Below are positions 1 through 10,086 of a DNA stretch of 64,000 bases, in pieces. The position numbers and the translations under genes are program-made. Location of the stretch: assembly GCA_046331705.1 (NCBI GenBank), contig JAXLQJ010000043.1, forward strand, positions 1-64,000. The letters are read 5' to 3'. The notes below the pieces were generated by a model. That model saw only the letters and a program-made list of their open reading frames with translations, did no database searches and was not told where the DNA came from. The first letter of the stretch is position 1; every line of letters starts with the position of its first letter. This DNA comes from a bacterium. Its GTDB lineage: Bacteria > JADJOY01.

Positions 1-14
1 CCTGATCCCTCGTC

Positions 15-1079
15 ATGCGTCCCGCGGATCTCGTCGCCGTCCAGCCCTTCATGCGGCTCGAGGACTACGGCAGCGAAGAGACCTTCCGCACCAAGATCGA
101 AGGCCTCCTGGAGCGCGTGGATGCCGTACGCGGCGCGCGCGAGGGCGGGCGTTTCCCGCACCCGGCGCTGGTGGTCTTTCCCGAGAACATCGGGACCTTC
201 CTCGGCATCGCCGGCCATTTCGACATCGCTCGCCGTTCGCGCACCACCGACGGCGCGCTCACGCGCCTCTTGTTGCGCCGGCTTCCCGAGCTGGTCCGCA
301 CGATGGTGCGCTTTCGCATCCGCGATCCCAAGCGCGCCGCGTTGGTGCTGCTCTCGCGCACCGTGTGGCCCCTCTACTTCCGCACCTTCGGCGAGCTGGC
401 GCGCAAGCACCAGGCCTGGATCGTGGCGGGCAGCGCGCTGATGGCGCGCAATCGCTACGGGCGTGACAGCCAGCGCTACGAGCCCGCCGACGGACACGCG
501 TGGAACCTCTCGCTGACGTTCGATCCCGACGGCTGGGTGGTGAACGAGACCCGCAAGGTCAACCTGGTGCCCACGCTCGAGGACGTGCTCGGCCTCACCC
601 CGGGACGGGTGGAAGACTTGGAGCCTTTCGACACGGCGTTGGGCCGCGTCGGCACCATGATCTGCTACGACGGCTTCAACGAGCCGCACACCTCGCGCGA
701 GCCGCATTTCCGCACCGTCGGTGCCCACTACGACCAGCGCCAGGTGCGCATCCTGGCGCAGCCGGCCGCGAACCCGTGGCCGTGGGACGAGCGCTGGTTC
801 TTCGCCGAGCCCGGCGAGGACCAGCTCCGTCGCGAGCAATGGCTCAACGAGGGGCTCTGCTGTCAGCTCGCGCACCTGCCGCACGTGCGGTGGGCGGTGA
901 ACCCGCAGCTTCTGGGGCAGATCTTCGAGAACCGCTTCGACGGCCGCAGCTACATCTTCGAGCGCACCCGGCGCGGCCAGGTGCGCGTGCTCGCCGAGGC
1001 GCGGGACTATCGCCTGGCCCCCGATAGCGAGGAGATCGTCGTCGCGCGCATCGACCTCGACTCGCCGCAACCCGACTGA
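15..1079 (+). CDS. Carbon-nitrogen hydrolase (nitrilase superfamily) protein
   Basis: Glu-Lys-Cys triad motifs in order: VVFPE, RKVNL, MICYD; 354 aa. Confidence 0.85.
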   Translation: MRPADLVAVQPFMRLEDYGSEETFRTKIEGLLERVDAVRGAREGGRFPHPALVVFPENIGTFLGIAGHFDIARRSRTTDGALTRLLLRRLPELVRTMVRFRIRDPKRAALVLLSRTVWPLYFRTFGELARKHQAWIVAGSALMARNRYGRDSQRYEPADGHAWNLSLTFDPDGWVVNETRKVNLVPTLEDVLGLTPGRVEDLEPFDTALGRVGTMICYDGFNEPHTSREPHFRTVGAHYDQRQVRILAQPAANPWPWDERWFFAEPGEDQLRREQWLNEGLCCQLAHLPHVRWAVNPQLLGQIFENRFDGRSYIFERTRRGQVRVLAEARDYRLAPDSEEIVVARIDLDSPQPD

Positions 1080-1156
1080 GACCGACGACGCCGACCGCAC
1101 CGGTGAGCCGCGCCCACGACGCATTTCGACTGCGGAATCCTGGCCCGCGCGATTTC

Positions 1157-1176
1157 GCGCGCAATATATTGCGCGC
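1157..1176. promoter_or_regulatory. Perfect 20-bp palindrome with AT-rich core, candidate operator
   Basis: GCGCGCAATA|TATTGCGCGC in the intergenic region upstream of the glycosyltransferase-like genes. Confidence 0.4.
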
Positions 1177-1257
1177 CGAGCGCGGCACGAATCTCGAGGC
1201 ACGCCGCGCCGAGCCGTGGCATCGCCGCGTCGTCCCTCTCGCCCGCCGCGATCACGC

Positions 1258-3789
1258 GTGACCGACTCCACTCTCGAGACCCCGTCGCCTCGGTTCGGCC
1301 CCGCGCCCACGTGGGCGCGGCTCGTGGTCCTGCTGCTCTTCGCCGCGATGGCGTGGATGCGACTGGTCCACATCGACGCGGACCCGCCCCAGGACCTCGA
1401 CTGGAGCGGCGGCGTCTTCTTCGACGAAGGGATGCTCGCGCACGACGCGCGTGAGCGCGTGCTCTTCGGGCGCGCGCCGGTCGACGACTGGAGCGACGTC
1501 TACGTGAGCCCCGTGCTCTCGTACCTGAAGCGCGCCACCTTCGTGCTCTTCGGCGTGGGGATCGCGCAGGTGCGGCTCGTTCCCGTGGCGTTCAGCCTCG
1601 CGACGCTGGCGCTCGTCTACTTCCTCGCGAAGCACGCCAATGGCTGGCGGTTCGGGATCCTCGCCACGTGCCTGCTGGGCTTCGCGCACGTCTTCGCGAT
1701 GTTCAATCGCGTGGGGCTCACCGAGACCTCGGTGCTCTTCGTGATGGTGCTGGCCGCGTTCTTCTGGCTCGAGGCTTGGGCGCGTCTCGACGTGCGGACC
1801 GGCACGGCGACGCTCACCAACGCGAGCCTCGTGTGCTTCGCCGCCGCAGGGGCCAGCACGTTCCTCTCGTACGTGTGGAAGAGCTACCCGTCGTTCCTGA
1901 CGGTGCCGTTCGTCGCGCTGCTGGTGCTGACCCGCCGTCGTCCGACGGGTGCCAACCAGCTCCCGCCGCGCGCCGCGGCCGCGGCGGCTGCGGCCATCGT
2001 TCTGGGTGCGCTGCTCGTCGCGCTGCCTTGGTACGTGCTCTTCGTGCGGCGCTACGCACCCCAGATCCACCAGGCGATGCAGTTCTACGAGAGCCAGTCG
2101 ATCCCCACGAGCCTCCGTCAACTGGTGGCGAACGTGGTGGAGCTCTCGTTCTTCCGGGTGTTCGCACGCGATCCGGCGATGCTCTACCTGGCCGCCGGCT
2201 ACCTCGGCCTGCTGATCCACCGGTCGTTTCACGCTCCCGAGCGGCTGGTGCCGTTCGACGTCTTCTTCGGCCTCTGGTTCGTCGCCCATTTCGCGTTCGA
2301 CGCGATCCTCAACTACCAACCGGTCCGCTACCACGTGCCCGTGATGCCGGCCATGAGCATTCTCATGGCGCGGGCGATCGCCGAGGGCGCGCGCCTGCGG
2401 GCGTTGCCGTTTCCGCCTCGGCTGCGCTGGGTGGCCTTTCCGTTCCTGTGGATCTGGCTGGCGCTCTTCACGTCGCACCTGCCGTTACCGTTCGACGTGC
2501 TGTGGCGCCAGCTCGCCGGCGCCCGCGCCCGGCCGCCCTCCGGCGCGCAGGTGCTGGCGTTCTGGCTGGTGGCGGCCGCGGCGGTGCTGCTGGCGCTGAC
2601 GCTGATCGGCCGGTTCGTGCGGCGGCGCGAGATCGCGCTGCCGCGGCTGGTCGCGCCAGCGCTGCTCGGCGTGGCGCCGCTCGTGTGCTTCGCCGCCATC
2701 GAAGGGCGCGACTACCTCGAGTGGGTGATGCACCCGAAGCACCTGGTGCGGGATCGCTCTCACGAGCTCGGCGCGCGGCTTCACGACCGCTGGATCGCGG
2801 GATTGGCCGCTCCCGAGCTCGCGCTCGAGAACCGGCTCCACGCGTTGCACGTCTACCCCAGCTTCTTCAACGACCACGATCTCTTCGGCCGTTTCCCCAT
2901 CACGCACCTGCTCCTGGATTCCCACCAGCGCGAGCAGACGTTCTATTTCGCGACCTATCCCGAGACGATGCGGCGCGCGGTGCTGATCGACGCCTTCCCG
3001 CTGGCGAGCGCCAACTTCGTCCTCCTCTCGCTGGCGGAACCGTTCGTCGAGCGCACCGAGTCGCCCACCGCCGTGGCGGGCGATCCGACGTCGTTCACCG
3101 CCAGCGCGCGGATCGTGAACCCGCCGCGTGGCGACGCGCGCGAGGTCCAGCTCGGCTGGACGCTGATCCCGGAGACGCCGCCCGGCACCGAGTCGCCGCC
3201 GCCCCGCATCACCGGCCCGCCCAGCGAGCCGATCCTGCTCGCGCCAGGCGCGAGCCACGATTTCCCGATCCGCGGCGTGGCGCCGCCCGGCACGTCGCAT
3301 CTGCTCGCGTACGTGCTGCCGCCGCACCGCGCGACCCTCGCCGCGCGCTTCTTCGACCACGAGTCCGGAGCGCTCGAGCCCGATCCGGACGCCGAGTTCG
3401 GCGAGGCCTGGCACACCGGCGTGGCGGCGGGCCGCAAGGCGTACGCGCTCTACGGCCCCTATCTCCAGTTCGGCCCCGGGCGCATCCACACCTACGTGCG
3501 GCTGCGCTCCGGGCGCAAGAAGGCCGCCGGCGCGATCGCGCGCATCGAGGTGGCGCGCGGCATGGGGCGCGGCGTGCTGTGGTCGCGCGAGCTGACCTCG
3601 AACGAGCTGGTCGCCAACGGCCCGTACACGGTCCACGAGCTCGAGTATCTCCACGACCAGACGCAGAACCTCGAGTTTCGGGTGTACACCTTCGGGCGGG
3701 CCGATCTGTGGGTGGACCGAGTGACGATCGAATACGCGCCGGGGGCACCCGCCGACGGCACGATCGTGGTGCCCTCGGGTCCCACGTGA
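1258..3789 (+). CDS. GT-C (ArnT/PMT, GT39/GT83-like) polytopic membrane glycosyltransferase with C-terminal extracytoplasmic beta-sandwich domains
   Basis: FFDEG motif after TM1, 'FGVGIAQVRL', many TM segments, C-terminal YGPY..GPG beta-rich domain; start uncertain (GTG 1258 or 1216). Confidence 0.7.
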   Translation: MTDSTLETPSPRFGPAPTWARLVVLLLFAAMAWMRLVHIDADPPQDLDWSGGVFFDEGMLAHDARERVLFGRAPVDDWSDVYVSPVLSYLKRATFVLFGVGIAQVRLVPVAFSLATLALVYFLAKHANGWRFGILATCLLGFAHVFAMFNRVGLTETSVLFVMVLAAFFWLEAWARLDVRTGTATLTNASLVCFAAAGASTFLSYVWKSYPSFLTVPFVALLVLTRRRPTGANQLPPRAAAAAAAAIVLGALLVALPWYVLFVRRYAPQIHQAMQFYESQSIPTSLRQLVANVVELSFFRVFARDPAMLYLAAGYLGLLIHRSFHAPERLVPFDVFFGLWFVAHFAFDAILNYQPVRYHVPVMPAMSILMARAIAEGARLRALPFPPRLRWVAFPFLWIWLALFTSHLPLPFDVLWRQLAGARARPPSGAQVLAFWLVAAAAVLLALTLIGRFVRRREIALPRLVAPALLGVAPLVCFAAIEGRDYLEWVMHPKHLVRDRSHELGARLHDRWIAGLAAPELALENRLHALHVYPSFFNDHDLFGRFPITHLLLDSHQREQTFYFATYPETMRRAVLIDAFPLASANFVLLSLAEPFVERTESPTAVAGDPTSFTASARIVNPPRGDAREVQLGWTLIPETPPGTESPPPRITGPPSEPILLAPGASHDFPIRGVAPPGTSHLLAYVLPPHRATLAARFFDHESGALEPDPDAEFGEAWHTGVAAGRKAYALYGPYLQFGPGRIHTYVRLRSGRKKAAGAIARIEVARGMGRGVLWSRELTSNELVANGPYTVHELEYLHDQTQNLEFRVYTFGRADLWVDRVTIEYAPGAPADGTIVVPSGPT

Positions 3790-3799
3790 GCGGCGCGCC

Positions 3800-5803
3800 G
3801 TGACCTCGCCCTGGGCCGCGGCGCTGGCGCTCGAGGTGCTGGTCGGGCTGCCGGGCGTGCCGCTCGCCGCGTTGCTCGCCCGGGCACCCAGCGCGAGCGA
3901 ACGGCGATCGCTCGCGCGCCAGCCGGAGGCGCTCGTTTGGGGGCTGGTCCTGGGGCGATTCCTCACCGCGGGGGCGCTGATCCTCGCGGTCGCACGCTTC
4001 GGACCGAGCGCGCGGGCGGTGGCGGTCGCCGCCGCGCTGCTCGTGCTCGCGACCGTGGCCCTCTGGCGCGCGGCGCGGGCCGACGACACGCCGGGCGCGG
4101 CGCGGTTTCGCCCGTGGAGCGCGCGCACCTGGCTGGGCGCGGCGGTGTTGCTGGGCGCGATCGCGCTGCTCGCGGGCGGCCCGCTCGCCCGCGTGGGCGC
4201 GCGGGTCGACGACGCGTTCGCGTACCACCGCTACTTCCCGGGCGACTTCCTGAAGCAAGTCGCCATGACCAGCGAGCTGACCAAGGGCGAGCTGCCGCCT
4301 CACAACCCCTGGCTCGCGGGCGTGCCGCTTCATTACTACTGGGCGTCGTTCGTGCCCGCGGCGCTCGTCCATCGGGTGCTCCGCGCCGAGCCGAGCCTCG
4401 AGCGGTTGCTGGTCCTCGAGACGCTCTGGACCGACGCTCTCTTCGGGCTCGCGCTCTTCGCGACCGTGCGTCTCGTGACCTCGCGCGAGCGCTGGGCGGT
4501 GCTGGGGACGCTCGCGGCGCTCGGCGCCGTGAGCTACGAGGGGGCGTATTTCTGGGCGCGACATCCGGGCTCGCCGGCGGCGCTGCTCGCGGCGGCGCGT
4601 TCCGTGAACATCGACGGGCTCACGCGCGTGATGTGGGGCCCGCCGCAGATCGATGCGCTCCACCGCGCGCTCGTCTACGGCCCCCCGCACCTCCTGGCGC
4701 TCACCTGCGGGCTCTTGCTGGTCGCGCTGGTGACCGCCGGCGACGTCACGGCGCGCACGCGGGTCGCGGTCGGCGCGGGCGCCGTCGCGGCAGCGAGCGT
4801 CGCCGCGAGCTTCTTCGTGGGCGGTGTGGTGACGCTCTGGCTCGCGCTGGTGACCGGGCTCGACGTGCTTCGGCCGCGCGCCGATCGCGCGGCGCGGATC
4901 GCGCGGCTCGCGAGCGCGCTCGCGATCGTGGCCGCCACGGCGGGCGCGTGCGTGGCGCTCGCCATGGTGGCTCGCTCGCGCGAGCACGGGCTGGTCCTCG
5001 GCCTGCCGTCCGGGCTGCGCGAGCGGCCGCTGTGGGTGCTCGGCCTCAATCTGGGCGGGTCGCTCGCGCTCGGTGGCGTGGGGATCGTGTGTACCCGGCG
5101 CGAGGAATGGCGCGACTGCTGGCCCGTGCTGGCGCTGGTGGTGCTCGCGCTCGCGGTGCTCGCGCTGCTCACGCTCCCCGGCTACGCCAACGACGTGGCG
5201 CTCAAGGCCGGCTTCGTGGTGCAGGTCGGCTTGGCGGTCTTCGCGGCGAGCGCGCTGGAGCGGTTCGCGCCGCGCGGCCAGCGGGCGCTCGGGACCGGCG
5301 TGCTGGCGGTGCTCGCGCTTCCCGCCGCGCTCACGCCGCTGCTCGACTGGCGCTTCACGCGCGCCGTGAGCGATCACGGGCAGACCTGCTACGTGTCGGC
5401 GGATGCGATGGAACTGGCGCGCCGCATCCGCGAGACCGTGCCGGAGCGCGCCGTCGTGCAGGCCCGTCCGCTCGACGAGAGCATGCCGCTCAGCGTGGTG
5501 CCGGTCTTCGGCGAGCGCCGCAGCGTCCTCGGCGATCGGTTCTTCGCGCGCATCTTCCAGGCGCCCGCCGACAAGCTCGCGGCGCGCGAGCGCGATCTGG
5601 GGCGGCTCTTCGGCGTGCGCGAGCCCGAGGCCATCCGCGGGCTCCTCGCTCGCTACGACATCGACTACCTGGTGCTCGGCACCGAGGACGGCGCGCTGCG
5701 CGACTACTGCGCCGCGAGTCTCGACACCTGCGAGCTCACGTTCCGCAACGCGACGTACGACCTGGTCCGCATCCGCCGCCCCCAGCCCCAGCCGCGTGCG
5801 TAG
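3800..5803 (+). CDS. Polytopic membrane protein, probable GT-C-fold glycosyltransferase
   Basis: PPHNPWLAGVPLHYYW loop, many TMs, C-terminal 'LLARYDIDYLVLG' tail; starts 10 bp after the previous gene. Confidence 0.55.
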   Translation: MTSPWAAALALEVLVGLPGVPLAALLARAPSASERRSLARQPEALVWGLVLGRFLTAGALILAVARFGPSARAVAVAAALLVLATVALWRAARADDTPGAARFRPWSARTWLGAAVLLGAIALLAGGPLARVGARVDDAFAYHRYFPGDFLKQVAMTSELTKGELPPHNPWLAGVPLHYYWASFVPAALVHRVLRAEPSLERLLVLETLWTDALFGLALFATVRLVTSRERWAVLGTLAALGAVSYEGAYFWARHPGSPAALLAAARSVNIDGLTRVMWGPPQIDALHRALVYGPPHLLALTCGLLLVALVTAGDVTARTRVAVGAGAVAAASVAASFFVGGVVTLWLALVTGLDVLRPRADRAARIARLASALAIVAATAGACVALAMVARSREHGLVLGLPSGLRERPLWVLGLNLGGSLALGGVGIVCTRREEWRDCWPVLALVVLALAVLALLTLPGYANDVALKAGFVVQVGLAVFAASALERFAPRGQRALGTGVLAVLALPAALTPLLDWRFTRAVSDHGQTCYVSADAMELARRIRETVPERAVVQARPLDESMPLSVVPVFGERRSVLGDRFFARIFQAPADKLAARERDLGRLFGVREPEAIRGLLARYDIDYLVLGTEDGALRDYCAASLDTCELTFRNATYDLVRIRRPQPQPRA

Positions 5804-5855
5804 GCACGGCGGAACGCGTTCCTCACGTCCGCGGCGCGTGCGCTCGGGGCCCGCT

Positions 5856-6953
5856 TCACGGCCCCGAACAGGGCAGGACCTCGGCCTGGAAGGGCTGCGT
5901 GAGATCGGTGCCGTAAGCCTCGACGCGGACGCGGTCGTTCTCCGGGATGACGGCGATCTGCCACGGCTGCTTCGGCTTGCCCACGACGAACGAGATCGCC
6001 TCCAGCGCCATCCCGCCGGGCGCCATCTTCCGCGCCTCCGCGATGCTGGCGCGCTGCTCCTTGTTCTGCGTCTCCACCACGTGCCGCGCCCACGACGTGG
6101 GCGTCCACGCGCCGTCGCCCCCGCTCGTGCCTTCGCAGCCGCCGGTGGCGATCACCATCATCAGCGCCTGGCGCATGCGCGCCATCTTGAGGGGGCCTTG
6201 ATCGAAGGACGCCGTGGGCATGCCCGGGATCACCGGGATCACGATCGGCGGGGCGCTCATCATCGGCATGCCTTCGTTCGCCAGCGACCGGGGCGAGGGC
6301 GGCTCGACCTCCACGGGCTTCGCCTGGGCGGCGGCGCGGCGCTCGAGCTCGGCGCGCGCGTTGGTGATCGACGAGCGCGCGTCGCGAATCGCCGATTCCC
6401 GCGACGATCGCGACGGCGCCGAGGATCGCCCCGAGCCCCCGTCGCCGAGCCGGCGGAGCGCGTTGAGCGCGTAGCCGAGCGCGCTCGGCGCCGTGCCGTC
6501 GGCGCCCACCGCGCGCGACAGCGAATCGACCTCCGACTGAAAGCCGCGCGCCCACGTGGCCCACGGACTGTCGAGCGGGTTGGCGTCCCGCCCGCTCGAA
6601 TAGGACGACTCGTCGAACGCCATCGCCTGGCGCTCGGCCTTGTCCACCAGCCCCTCGACCCGCCGCACCAGCTGTTCCGTGGGCGAGGAGCCCGCGGCCC
6701 CCCGCGACGCATCCGCTGCCGCCGTCGCCGCGCGCGGTCGCACGTGCTGAAGCTCTTTCCCCTCGACCTTGGGGCGGTTGTAGAAGAAGCCCGCCTTGTC
6801 CGCCCACTCGTAGTCGATGGGCGGCGGGTTGCCCTCGGCGTGGATCTGCCCCTTCTCGTCCACCCACTTGTAAACCCGCGCTTCGGCACCGGCCGGCAAC
6901 AGCGCGACCAGCGTGACGGCAAAGACGAGGGCCATTCGTGCCGAGCGAGCCAT
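5856..6953 (-). CDS. Secreted DUF4124-domain protein
   Basis: Signal peptide followed by VYKWVDEKGQIH..PP (DUF4124 pattern); remainder unrecognised; start uncertain. Confidence 0.6.
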   Translation of the reverse strand: MARSARMALVFAVTLVALLPAGAEARVYKWVDEKGQIHAEGNPPPIDYEWADKAGFFYNRPKVEGKELQHVRPRAATAAADASRGAAGSSPTEQLVRRVEGLVDKAERQAMAFDESSYSSGRDANPLDSPWATWARGFQSEVDSLSRAVGADGTAPSALGYALNALRRLGDGGSGRSSAPSRSSRESAIRDARSSITNARAELERRAAAQAKPVEVEPPSPRSLANEGMPMMSAPPIVIPVIPGMPTASFDQGPLKMARMRQALMMVIATGGCEGTSGGDGAWTPTSWARHVVETQNKEQRASIAEARKMAPGGMALEAISFVVGKPKQPWQIAVIPENDRVRVEAYGTDLTQPFQAEVLPCSGP

Positions 6954-7084
6954 CGCGCTGCGGATCATACGCAAGACCCGCGCCACGGGTGAAGGCCGCT
7001 CGTGGAGCATCGGACGATCAGGGGCGGAGACGAACCTCGCTCTCGGAGGGCCGAGCGTCTACGCGGCCGGGGCTCTACGGAGCG

Positions 7085-7121
7085 AAAAAAAATCGCGAAC
7101 GGCCCGCCTGACGGCGGGCCG
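7085..7121 (-). other. GC-rich hairpin (9-bp stem, 4-nt loop) followed by a T8 run downstream of the NACHT-CLec gene; DGR target hairpin and/or terminator
   Basis: CGGCCCGCC-TGAC-GGCGGGCCG at 7100-7121; A8 at 7085-7092 (T8 on the coding strand), 7 nt from the stem. Confidence 0.6.
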
Positions 7122-7134
7122 AGAGGTCAGGGAA

Positions 7135-7156
7135 CCAGAGAGCCAGAGACCAGAGA
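7135..7156 (-). repeat. Three near-tandem TCTCTGG heptamers downstream of the stop codon
   Basis: CCAGAGA on + at 7135-7141, 7143-7149 and 7150-7156. Confidence 0.8.
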
Positions 7157-7356
7157 GGCCAGCGTCCAGCCCATCATGGGGGAGAAACAATCACGCGAAA
7201 ACCGATGATGACGAGGCGGTTGCCGGGATCGTAGTCGTAGCGGGCCGCGGACCGGGCGCTGCGTAGATCGAAGTAGTACGCACCGCCACGAACCACACGG
7301 CCGGAGTCGGCGCCAGCATCGAGCTTCTCTCGCCCGCCATCGGCGCGGTACGGGTA
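7150..7356 (-). repeat. Putative DGR variable repeat (VR1) plus conserved 3' flank
   Basis: 207-bp ungapped direct repeat of 10087-10293; mismatches almost all at codon positions 1-2 of NNC/NNT codons. Confidence 0.8.
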
Positions 7357-10017
7357 CTCGGCCGCTACGGAGCGAGTCCATTCCCACACGTTCCCGCTCA
7401 GCTCCTCGACCCCGTCCGCGCTGGCACCGTTCGAGAAGCAACCCACAGCGCTGGGGCGGCCGATGCGCGACTCGGACGTGTTTGCCCGTTCCGAAGCGAA
7501 CTCGTCTCCCCACGGATAGCGGCGCTCGGGTAACGGGTTCGCCGATCCATCAGCGAGGGTCTTCCCACCGCGCGCGGCCTTCTCCCACTCGGCTTCCGAG
7601 GGGAGCGTCACGCTCTGCTCCGGGCGAATCTTGCGAGAGGCTCGCCAGCGTTCGGTGAGCCAACGTGTGAACGCCAGCGCCTCGTACCAGCTCACCCCGA
7701 CCATCGGTTGGTTGGGCAGTCCGTAGATGGCAGGGAGAACGCATGGGCCGGCCGTCGGCTCCTCCTCGAAGCGACTCACGATGGTTCCCGACTTCCACAC
7801 GCCCGCGGCTTTCGCTTCCGGCCAGAACCGTTCTTCGGCGTACCCGCCCGCGGAAACGAACGCTGCGAACTGGCCACACGTGACCGGCCACTTGCCGATC
7901 CGGAAACCGGGTACATCCACCTCGTGGACCGGCTTCTCGGGCATCCACGGTGCCTGATCGGTACTCCCCATCCGGAACGGGCCCGCAGGCACCACGCAGA
8001 AGGCCAGCTCATCGACGGAGGTCACGGCCTCGCGCGGATCGCCGAGCTGTGCCAGCACGCGCCCCGCCTCCGCCCGCTCGACTGCCGGCAGCGGGCATGC
8101 GAGTGCCTCGACCAAGCGTCCGATCAGGCGCTCGAGGTAGGCGCCGCCGCCGTCCGGTTCCTCATGATCGGCCTCGATCGTCTTGCGCTCGGCCACCACC
8201 GCCATTCGCCCCGACCACACCAGCGCCCTCCACTCGGCAGCCGCTGTGGGCGCGCGTGTGGGGCAGAGGTGATACGCGAGGTCGAGAAGCTCGTGGGTCC
8301 GGCGCAGGTTGAAAAAGAGCTCCTCGCCTCCCAACGCCACGGCCAACGACCAGAAATCCCCCTCCTCGGCGTGCTTGCGAATCGGTCGCTCCGGGTGGCG
8401 TTGCGAGACCAGGAACGCGCCGGCGAGGTACTCCTGGAACGTGCGGTGTGGAAATCCGTATGCGCTCGGCTTGCCCGGAGCCCCGCCGCGCCCGATCACG
8501 AGCCCCGCACACGTGTCCACGTAATCCAAGAAATGCTCGGCAGCGGCGGCGCTGCCGAGATGGTGGCGATCGAGGAGGTCGATGGCCGTCCCCCGCGCCA
8601 GGTCGCCGGCGCCACTACCGTCTCCTTGCGTGCGGTTGCTGCCGGCGTCGCTGCCCAGGCGGTGAGTCTCGTACGCGAGCCGTTCCATCGCCTCACGGAG
8701 CTTCTTCGTCTCGTGAAAGAAGGGCTGGATCGATTCGTGAATCCCAGCACTTCCCGCACGGTGCCGCTGCCAGCGCTGGATCAGCACCTGGACCGCGAGG
8801 TCGTAGACCTTCACCCGCTCCTTCGGTAGCCCGACGTCGCGCTGGTGGAGCAAGGCCATCGTGGTCAGCAACATCGGGTTCGACGCGAGCTCGCGCAGAT
8901 CGGCACCCGTCGCCGCGGTCGCGAGCTCCGCGGCACGATCCTTGGCTTTGCGTTCGTCGAAGCGCCCGATCACACGCTGCGCCTCGTACCAACCGCTCAC
9001 GAAGGCGCGGATCTTCTCCTCGTCGAACGGCGCCAGCGTGAAAGCGGTGAAGCCCCGAAGCTCGCCTTTGCCCTCGTACGAGCGCGTTCGGCAGGTCACC
9101 ACCACTCGTTTCACCTGCCACGCTCGAAGGGCGGCGCTCACGGTCTCGCGAACCCGCTCTCGCGCAGCCTCCGGCACCTCGTCGAGGCCGTCGAATCCCA
9201 ACAGTACCGAGCCTGCTTGCAGCCGCTCCCTGAGCGTGTCCGCAAACGACTTGGCTCCCAGCGATTCGAGGTCGTCGGCGAGCTGATCTTCGAGGGCGTG
9301 GCAAAGGGCTTGGGCGCGCTTGGCGTCACCGAGACGGTCGATGTCGAGCGCGACGAGCCGCGGCACCAGATCGCGCAGCGCCACCAGGATCGGAAGCAGG
9401 TTCCCCAGGTCCATGCGGGGTGCCGCTCCCTTGCCCGGTTTGAGCCCCAAGAGCGTCCCGCACTGCCGCGCCACGACGTTGCGCAGAAACGCGCTCTTCC
9501 CGGACCCCGCGTCTCCCAGGAGCACCAATCGCTCTTGATCGCGGAAGGCCTCGATGGCGCGAACCGGAACCTGATCTCCACCTCCAGGTCGCCCTGCGAT
9601 CAGGTGCCGATCGGGCTCTGCGTTGCGCTCGGCCTTGGTCAGCTCGCGGAACGTAGTGGTGTCCAAGTCGATGTATACGTCCTCGAGGGTCGGTTCCTTC
9701 TCGCAGCTCTCGTCCCCGCCGAGCGGCGCCAGCGGCAACAACATGCAAGCGTGGCGCAGCCTGGTCAGGTAGAGCGCTTGCGCCTCGCCGGGTCGAAGCT
9801 CGTTGCCAGACTCTGCCGCTCCAGAGCCGTGGTTGTGAACGTGAACGCTCTTGTCGACCATCGCGCCCGAGCCGATCACGTCGCCGCGAACCTCGGCTTC
9901 GGCTCCCACCGCCAACCCGTGTTGCGCCACCGCGGTCGCGCCATCTCCCTGCGCGCTCGCGGCCCCCGTGCCCACGACCCGCGCCACGAAGCGCTTCACA
10001 CCGTCACGAAGCCCCAT
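7174..10017 (-). CDS. NLR-like protein: N-terminal G/A/V-rich motif, NACHT NTPase, FGE-sulfatase (C-type lectin fold) domain
   Basis: Walker A LLGDAGSGKS, Walker B FDGLDEV, VVTCR, NPMLLT, FPHRTFQEYLA; C-terminal LPSEAEWEKAARG, GNVWEWT, RGGAY...IGFRV. Confidence 0.9.
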   Translation of the reverse strand: MGLRDGVKRFVARVVGTGAASAQGDGATAVAQHGLAVGAEAEVRGDVIGSGAMVDKSVHVHNHGSGAAESGNELRPGEAQALYLTRLRHACMLLPLAPLGGDESCEKEPTLEDVYIDLDTTTFRELTKAERNAEPDRHLIAGRPGGGDQVPVRAIEAFRDQERLVLLGDAGSGKSAFLRNVVARQCGTLLGLKPGKGAAPRMDLGNLLPILVALRDLVPRLVALDIDRLGDAKRAQALCHALEDQLADDLESLGAKSFADTLRERLQAGSVLLGFDGLDEVPEAARERVRETVSAALRAWQVKRVVVTCRTRSYEGKGELRGFTAFTLAPFDEEKIRAFVSGWYEAQRVIGRFDERKAKDRAAELATAATGADLRELASNPMLLTTMALLHQRDVGLPKERVKVYDLAVQVLIQRWQRHRAGSAGIHESIQPFFHETKKLREAMERLAYETHRLGSDAGSNRTQGDGSGAGDLARGTAIDLLDRHHLGSAAAAEHFLDYVDTCAGLVIGRGGAPGKPSAYGFPHRTFQEYLAGAFLVSQRHPERPIRKHAEEGDFWSLAVALGGEELFFNLRRTHELLDLAYHLCPTRAPTAAAEWRALVWSGRMAVVAERKTIEADHEEPDGGGAYLERLIGRLVEALACPLPAVERAEAGRVLAQLGDPREAVTSVDELAFCVVPAGPFRMGSTDQAPWMPEKPVHEVDVPGFRIGKWPVTCGQFAAFVSAGGYAEERFWPEAKAAGVWKSGTIVSRFEEEPTAGPCVLPAIYGLPNQPMVGVSWYEALAFTRWLTERWRASRKIRPEQSVTLPSEAEWEKAARGGKTLADGSANPLPERRYPWGDEFASERANTSESRIGRPSAVGCFSNGASADGVEELSGNVWEWTRSVAAEYPYRADGGREKLDAGADSGRVVRGGAYYFDLRSARSAARYDYDPGNRLVIIGFRVIVSPP

Positions 10018-10086
10018 GGTGACCTCTCACAGCACGGCCTGCGGACCGGCACGAAGCAAAATGGCGGCAAACGAGCGAGCGAAAAG

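Noticed and set aside
7135-7156. CRISPR-like or microsatellite array
   Set aside because: Only three 7-mers with no spacers; no cas genes in the window.
6913-7266. Plus-strand ORFs sharing 'PASSPSWGRNNHAKTD' (also in 8845-10308)
   Set aside because: They are the antisense reading of the duplicated VR, not independent genes.
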